Source: an uncultured Nitrososphaerota archaeon
GTDB taxonomy: Archaea; Asgardarchaeota; Njordarchaeia; Njordarchaeales; Njordarchaeaceae
NCBI GenBank assembly: GCA_964518475.1
Contig: CAZFGR010000003.1
Coordinates: 32,001 to 96,000, forward strand
Direction: 5' to 3'
DNA: 64,000 bases
Shown: in pieces, positions 58,553 through 64,000 of the stretch
Position numbering within the stretch: the stretch's first letter is position 1
Layout of the letters: the number at the start of each line of letters is the position of its first letter
Made by a program: the position numbers and the translations under genes
Notes under the pieces: generated by a model
The model's database searches: none
Seen by the model: the letters and a program-made list of their open reading frames with translations, nothing else
Told to the model about the DNA's origin: nothing

Positions 58553-59398
58553 ATGTCTCCTCCTACCTCGCAAAAAAGGACTAGAGCTGATAAACCAGAG
58601 TGGGAGGGAGGATTGCAGTATCATATAGAGCTAAAACCAGGGGACATCCCTCCATACGTATTATTGCCGGGCGATCCTGGAAGAATAGACGTGATTACAT
58701 CTATTTGGGAGGATGTGAAAGAGGTATCATTTCATAGGCAATATAGAACCGTGAAGGGTCACTATAAGGGAGTAGAAATCGCTGCAACAAGCACTGGAAT
58801 TGGTGGGCCTGCGGTAGAAATTGCTATGATAGAGCTTATCAACATTGGGGCGCACACATTTATAAGGGTTGGAAGCACGGGGGCAATTCAAGAGAATATC
58901 AAACCAGGAGATTTAGTAATATCTACGGCTGCTGTACGATTAGAAGGTGCCTCAAAAGTCTATGCGCCCACAGAATATCCAGCGGTGGCTAGCATTGATG
59001 TCACATTGGCACTTATCAAAGCAGCTGAGTCTCTAGGCTATAGATATCATGTCGGAATCACAGCTAGCACGGATTCATTTTATGTTGGGCAAGAAAGACC
59101 AGCTATAAACAATTATTTGCCTTCTTGGATAAGGGGGCTTATAGATGATTTGAGGAAAATGCGGGTACTTAACTTCGAAATGGAGGCCGCCACAATTTTT
59201 ACCCTAGCCAATATTTTCGGCGCGAGAGCGGGTGCTGTTTGTGCAGTTTTCGCTAATAGAATCACAAACGAGTTCGTCAAAGCTGGTGAAAAAGAAGCCG
59301 CGGAAGTAGCATCAGAGGCTGTAAAAATTCTTAAGGAGTGGGATGATGAAAGAGATCGCTTGGGCAAAAGCAGGTACTGGTTACCAATCTTGGAATAG
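58553..59398 (+). CDS. udp: Uridine phosphorylase
   Basis: QYHI, LLPGDPGR, STGIGGP, IRVGSTG, DSFYVGQ, NFEMEAA. Confidence 0.93.
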   Translation: MSPPTSQKRTRADKPEWEGGLQYHIELKPGDIPPYVLLPGDPGRIDVITSIWEDVKEVSFHRQYRTVKGHYKGVEIAATSTGIGGPAVEIAMIELINIGAHTFIRVGSTGAIQENIKPGDLVISTAAVRLEGASKVYAPTEYPAVASIDVTLALIKAAESLGYRYHVGITASTDSFYVGQERPAINNYLPSWIRGLIDDLRKMRVLNFEMEAATIFTLANIFGARAGAVCAVFANRITNEFVKAGEKEAAEVASEAVKILKEWDDERDRLGKSRYWLPILE

Positions 59399-59408
59399 GT
59401 GATCGAAC

Positions 59409-61178
59409 ATGGAAAATCTGGAGAACATTATCAGAAAACACGCTCTGATAAATGCTGTAACACACGATGGAAAAGCTGATGAGAAAGCTGTCTTAAAAAA
59501 ACTAATAGCGGAAGTTGAGGGTTTTAGAGCAAGGTTGAAAGACGAGGAAGAACGCGAGAGGATCATGAAGACAATCCGAGAGATTGTTAATGCGATTAAT
59601 TCAATGGATTTAGAGACACAGAAAGATATCTTAGCGAGGAATTATGGAATAACTATTGAAATAATAAGGGAAGAAAAAGCTAAGAAAACGCGGGAAGGTT
59701 TGCCACCTTTGCCGAATGTGGATAAAGTCGGAAAGGTCATTACAAGATTCGCACCAGCCCCCTCCGGTGCCCTTCATATTGGCCAACTTATTCGAGCAGC
59801 GTTCTTATCGTACCTTTATGCAAGGATGTACAATGGTAAGTTTATCCTAAGGATAGAGGATACGGATCCACGGAGAATTAAAGCGATATACTATGACTGG
59901 ATAATGGAAGACTTAAGAGCAGTTGGTATTGAATGGGACGAGCTAGTTTTTGAGAGTGATCATTTTGACTTCTACTATGAACTAACTAGAAAGCTTTTCG
60001 AACAAGGAAAAGCCTACGTATGTACGTGTTCTAGTGAGGAATTCCGTAAGTATAGAGAGGAGAAAACACCCTGTCCTCATAGAAATACGATGGATGATGT
60101 GAGTTACTGGGAAAAGATGTTGGATGGTACCTATAAAGAGGGACAAGCGATTGTTAGATTAAAAACGGATATGGCGCATAGAAATCCAGCTGTCCGAGAC
60201 CCGCCATTGTTAAGAATAATTGATAGTATTCCTCATCCACGAACTGGTTATAGGTATCGAGTGTATCCTCTATACAATTATGCATGTGCGATCGAGGATC
60301 ACCTATCTGGAGTCACATATGTAATAAGGGGAAAAGAGCATGAAACAAATGAAGCTATACAGAGAGAAATCTACAAAGCATTCGGTTGGGAGCCTCCCAT
60401 AACTATCCAGTACGGTATGATAAAATTACCAGAAGCGAAAATTCATAAGAGACATATAAGAGTAGCATTGAAAGAGGGCAGAATTCATGGCTGGGACGAT
60501 GTCACATTACCAACCGTGAGAGCATTCCTACGCCGAGGAATAACTCCTGAAGCGTTTAAAAGAATGGCCATAGAACTCAGCATAGCTAAAAGCGATGCTA
60601 CACTTAGTTTAGAGACTCTTTACTCCATAAATAGGCAGATCCTTTCTGCAAGAGCCAAACGAATATCTTTCGTTGATGAACCCTTTGAAATGATGATTAG
60701 AGGCATTTCTCAAGAAATCGAAGTTAAAATGCCATGGATACCAGAAAATCCCGATGCTGGATTTAGGCGGTATATCATAAAGCCATTAGACGAGCGAGGA
60801 GGTACTATAAACGTTTATATCGCTAATCAAGATCTACCATTGATAAGACAGGTCATTAGAGAGGATCGGCTAATAAGGTTGAAAGAATTCGCAAATGTGA
60901 AGATAGAAGCTATAGACGACGAAGAAAGAAAAATTGTAGCATCGTTTCATAGTTTCGAAGTAATCCCTGGTATCCGTAAGATTCATTGGGTACCGGGTGG
61001 GGAATTAGCTATCCAAGCACGAGTCCTGATGCCTGATGGTACTATAAAAGAGGGATTAGTAGAGTTTCTAGTCCAATCTCTCAAGAATGGTGAATATGTG
61101 CAAATGGAGAGATTCGGATTTGGACGCATAGATAGCAACCAAGGCGAATTGATAGTTATAGCTTATGCTCATCCATGA
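59409..61178 (+). CDS. gltX: Glutamate--tRNA ligase (archaeal type)
   Basis: KHALINA..H.GKA, TRFAPAPSG.LHIGQ, RIEDTDP, YVCTC, IRGKEH, GWDD..LPT, QMERFGF. Confidence 0.93.
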   Translation: MENLENIIRKHALINAVTHDGKADEKAVLKKLIAEVEGFRARLKDEEERERIMKTIREIVNAINSMDLETQKDILARNYGITIEIIREEKAKKTREGLPPLPNVDKVGKVITRFAPAPSGALHIGQLIRAAFLSYLYARMYNGKFILRIEDTDPRRIKAIYYDWIMEDLRAVGIEWDELVFESDHFDFYYELTRKLFEQGKAYVCTCSSEEFRKYREEKTPCPHRNTMDDVSYWEKMLDGTYKEGQAIVRLKTDMAHRNPAVRDPPLLRIIDSIPHPRTGYRYRVYPLYNYACAIEDHLSGVTYVIRGKEHETNEAIQREIYKAFGWEPPITIQYGMIKLPEAKIHKRHIRVALKEGRIHGWDDVTLPTVRAFLRRGITPEAFKRMAIELSIAKSDATLSLETLYSINRQILSARAKRISFVDEPFEMMIRGISQEIEVKMPWIPENPDAGFRRYIIKPLDERGGTINVYIANQDLPLIRQVIREDRLIRLKEFANVKIEAIDDEERKIVASFHSFEVIPGIRKIHWVPGGELAIQARVLMPDGTIKEGLVEFLVQSLKNGEYVQMERFGFGRIDSNQGELIVIAYAHP

Positions 61179-61434
61179 ATGCTTTTTCATAGAATGTACC
61201 TACTGGGCATAGATTATTACACAGAAGGCATCCAGTGCATTTTGAACTATCTATAGTGGGCCTGAACCGCTCACCAACTTTTTTTACAATAATAGCTTTT
61301 CTAGGACATATAAGCTCGCATAATTTGCATCCAAGACAATAGAACCAGCGGGAGATTCCTCGTATTAGATGTTTTGAAAGACGCTTATTTTCTTTGGAAA
61401 TAGTTATTATGAGGGAGTCTCTTTTTCTTTCCAT
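61156..61434 (-). CDS. 2x[4Fe-4S] ferredoxin-like protein
   Basis: CLGCKLCELICP and CTGCLLCNNLCP. Confidence 0.88.
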   Translation of the reverse strand: MERKRDSLIITISKENKRLSKHLIRGISRWFYCLGCKLCELICPRKAIIVKKVGERFRPTIDSSKCTGCLLCNNLCPVGTFYEKAFMDEHKL

Positions 61435-61504
61435 GATGAATACCGTATCTAACTTGAGAACTAGCTATATCAATAAAGAATTTTAAAGAATGACTAATTG
61501 GTCA

Positions 61505-61969
61505 TTAAATGCCAAACGCGGCATTAGCTAGCTCATCGATTTCATGTATTATTTGATCCAATAACGTGTAGACGAAACCTATGGCAGTGCCCTTACGACC
61601 GTAGAGTAGTAAAACACTATTCGATTTAGTGAGTGGTTGCAAAAGAGCGATGCCCTTATTACCAACAATAAGTACTTTCTCAAGCGTTCCTAGGTTCAGT
61701 CTCTCCTCTGATATCAACTTTTCTATCTGGGAAAAGCTATCTAAAATGGTACCTCCTAAAGCTTCTTCTTCAACACCTGTTGGGCCTATATTTTCTTCTA
61801 AGGCTTCTTCTTTAGGCACAAACAAGAGGAGGAGGCCTTCATTAGTATCAACGAGCATTGCTCCTAATAAGTCTGGATCGCTATCAATTATGATTCTTAG
61901 TGTTTCTTCAAGGCGTTTCCGGGCTTTTGCTACGCTTTCGAGAGAGTCGGAGGACAATACTCTCACCAA
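61505..61969 (-). CDS. Roadblock/LC7-like protein
   Basis: DPDLLGAMLVDTNEGL...LGTLEKVLIVGNKG...AIGFV. Confidence 0.7.
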   Translation of the reverse strand: MVRVLSSDSLESVAKARKRLEETLRIIIDSDPDLLGAMLVDTNEGLLLLFVPKEEALEENIGPTGVEEEALGGTILDSFSQIEKLISEERLNLGTLEKVLIVGNKGIALLQPLTKSNSVLLLYGRKGTAIGFVYTLLDQIIHEIDELANAAFGI

Positions 61970-61970
61970 C

Positions 61971-62405
61971 CTATATGTCTAGAATAACTCTTACAAATTT
62001 TTCGCCATTTCTTTCTCCGATCTCCATCATATGATAAGAAACAGCTTTGACTTCAAGATGAGAGGGATGCTTTTCTGGATCGAAAGGTTCTCCGTAGGCT
62101 TCACCTTGCAATACCCATTCGTCATCTTCCCTCTTAATGGTTACATTAAACTCTGAAAAAATTATTCCCTCGGCGTCAAAAAGGAAAAGAAGCTCTTCAA
62201 GCCACTTCTTCAAAAGACCCTTCAAATCTTCATCCCGAACTATAATCTCTCTTTTTTCTTTAGGGTTTACCTTAGATATATCCGTCATGACATTAAACAT
62301 TGCTTTTGCTGCGTTTACGAAAGCTTCATTCAAATCAGAACCATAGGCCTCAAAAGCAACGTCGGCAGTATGTTCCTCTAAATATCTAAATTTCTCTTCT
62401 CTCAT
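61971..62405 (-). CDS. Archease
   Basis: HTADV...AYG, EVKAVSYH, C-terminal LDI. Confidence 0.95.
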   Translation of the reverse strand: MREEKFRYLEEHTADVAFEAYGSDLNEAFVNAAKAMFNVMTDISKVNPKEKREIIVRDEDLKGLLKKWLEELLFLFDAEGIIFSEFNVTIKREDDEWVLQGEAYGEPFDPEKHPSHLEVKAVSYHMMEIGERNGEKFVRVILDI

Positions 62406-62448
62406 ACAAAATCACCAACTCAGGGCTTTCTCACACTAAAACTTAATG

Positions 62449-63999
62449 TTACTCTAAACCTTTCCTCCGCATAATTTCTTTAATAATCATTTCGCGGGCC
62501 TTTCCACTTGCTTCAAGATAATCAAAGAATACCATCTGTATATATGCTCTCCCATGAGTTATTGAGCGGATAGTATTTGGTAGACCAAGAGAAGTTCTTA
62601 CGGGTAGAATTCCTCTAATTCTTATAAGACCTGAACTTTTAGCATCCACTTGTTTTATTTTTCCACCTCTCCTATTTATTTCCGTAGTAACGGCCCCAAC
62701 ATAATCCTGTACGGTAGTTACTTCAAATTCATAATATGGCTCGCAAATAACTGTTTTAACCGAGGAAAGAGCCTTTGCAAGCAAGTTTAATAATTGGTTT
62801 AAGTCGATAGGTTCGTTACTAGCTTTTTTTCTAATGATTCTTATCATTGCACCAATAATTGGTTCGCCTACTAGAGGACCACTCTTAAGAACATTTCTAA
62901 TTATGCTTTCTAATACATGGGAGTTTTCTGGAGAGAATCCTTCGATAATAATTACATTACCAGATTCGTAACTACTAAGAGCCTTGGAAAGAGCTTCTCT
63001 TAAAGGAACTCCTTCTCCTCGTAGAGACTTTATTTCTATTAAAACGTCATCGGAATCAATCGAAGCCTCAGAAAAAAGAAGTTCTCGATACCCAATCATG
63101 GGTTCCGAGGAGTATATTTCCAATCTTTTAGATAATTCTTTGATACAAATTTCTAGATGAAGTTCTCCAATTCCACCCAAAAGTATTTCTCCCGTTTCCT
63201 TATTTATCTCCACAGAAATATTAGGATCCTCGATCTCCAGTTTTTTTAATTCTTCTAATAGTTTTTCGAAATCCTCAGTTTTCTTTGGTTCTATGGCAAC
63301 ATAAACAACGGGAACAGCGATGTATGGGGGATACTTCATATGTCCAGAAATTTTCTTACTGGAGAAAGTCTGTCCAGGCTTTGCATCAATAAAAGCACCG
63401 AAAATTGCTCCAAATGGAACAGTGTTCACGACTATACTCTTGCTTCCAAAAAGCAGATGGACACTATCAACGCGTTTGAGGGTATTATCGTTTAGACAAT
63501 AGTACAAGCCTCTAGAAACTGTTCCGGCGAAGACACGGCCCGTGGCAAATATTTTTCCAGACATCCATTGAGTCTTACTTATGTAGAAAATAGCTGGTTT
63601 TTCATCATTTTTATTAAAAGAAGTCAAAGCATCGGGAATCTTTCCTTCCCATAAATAGGGGATCCTATATTTTTGAGCCGTAATCACAGATGGTACCTTT
63701 TCATAGATTATTCGAGCCAGTAGTTTTCCAAGCGGTAATAGGCGTGGTAAATTATTAGGCTCTTCCTTATAGATTTCTAGGAATTTATCAAATTTTAACC
63801 CTGTTCTCAGCATCTGTACCGTTGTAAAACCCCATTTCTTTAAAGCAGATCCGAAGAGAACAGTTTCATGTTCTGGGCGTACTTTCCAGGACTTTTTCTG
63901 ATAATCACAACCAAACGTCTCTATTAATTCGTTGAAACTGACGATAATTTCTGTAAGTCTTGCTTGAATTTGATATGGAGTCATTGATAATTCATCAAT
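62449..63999 (-). CDS. Elongation factor 2 paralog (aEF-2p-like), 5' part outside the window
   Basis: FGSAL..WG, GRVFAGT, PVVYVAIEPK, EDP...ETGE...G.GELHLEI, GPL.GEP, EP.Y, RRGG, IRS.THGRA. The frame is open to the window end. Confidence 0.88.
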   Translation of the reverse strand: MDELSMTPYQIQARLTEIIVSFNELIETFGCDYQKKSWKVRPEHETVLFGSALKKWGFTTVQMLRTGLKFDKFLEIYKEEPNNLPRLLPLGKLLARIIYEKVPSVITAQKYRIPYLWEGKIPDALTSFNKNDEKPAIFYISKTQWMSGKIFATGRVFAGTVSRGLYYCLNDNTLKRVDSVHLLFGSKSIVVNTVPFGAIFGAFIDAKPGQTFSSKKISGHMKYPPYIAVPVVYVAIEPKKTEDFEKLLEELKKLEIEDPNISVEINKETGEILLGGIGELHLEICIKELSKRLEIYSSEPMIGYRELLFSEASIDSDDVLIEIKSLRGEGVPLREALSKALSSYESGNVIIIEGFSPENSHVLESIIRNVLKSGPLVGEPIIGAMIRIIRKKASNEPIDLNQLLNLLAKALSSVKTVICEPYYEFEVTTVQDYVGAVTTEINRRGGKIKQVDAKSSGLIRIRGILPVRTSLGLPNTIRSITHGRAYIQMVFFDYLEASGKAREMIIKEIMRRKGLE

Positions 64000-64000
64000 T

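Overview
A 64 kb, gene-dense, AT-rich chromosomal segment from an archaeon. The very GC-rich tRNA stems suggest a thermophile. The marker combination points (by inference) to an Asgard-type or closely related lineage: eS26, Rpo3, TFB, Cdc6, split Kae1/Bud32, FtsZ, an actin-fold ATPase, two Roadblock proteins, a TRAP-beta-like protein, a Vps29-like phosphoesterase, and an EF-2 paralog without the diphthamide loop. Most genes are housekeeping: translation and tRNA modification, CoA and NAD synthesis, succinyl-CoA synthetase and replication. I read 7 tRNA genes, 4 of them with BHB introns (3 at non-canonical positions 29/30, 30/31 and 32/33). I also found 4 well-formed C/D-box sRNAs plus 2 weak candidates, a 46-codon coiled-coil ORF missed by the ORF track, and a possible oriC next to cdc6. 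No CRISPR array, integrase or transposase was seen. The most interesting signals are: (i) a head-to-head pair of an actin-like ATPase and a cytosolic BBS2/ITFG2-like FG-GAP propeller; (ii) a TRAP-beta homolog near SRP54; (iii) a Vps29-like gene followed by an alpha-solenoid gene; (iv) many apparently catalytically dead enzyme paralogs; (v) C/D sRNAs sitting directly in the leaders of uncharacterised genes. All family assignments come from motif recognition by eye, not from database searches.
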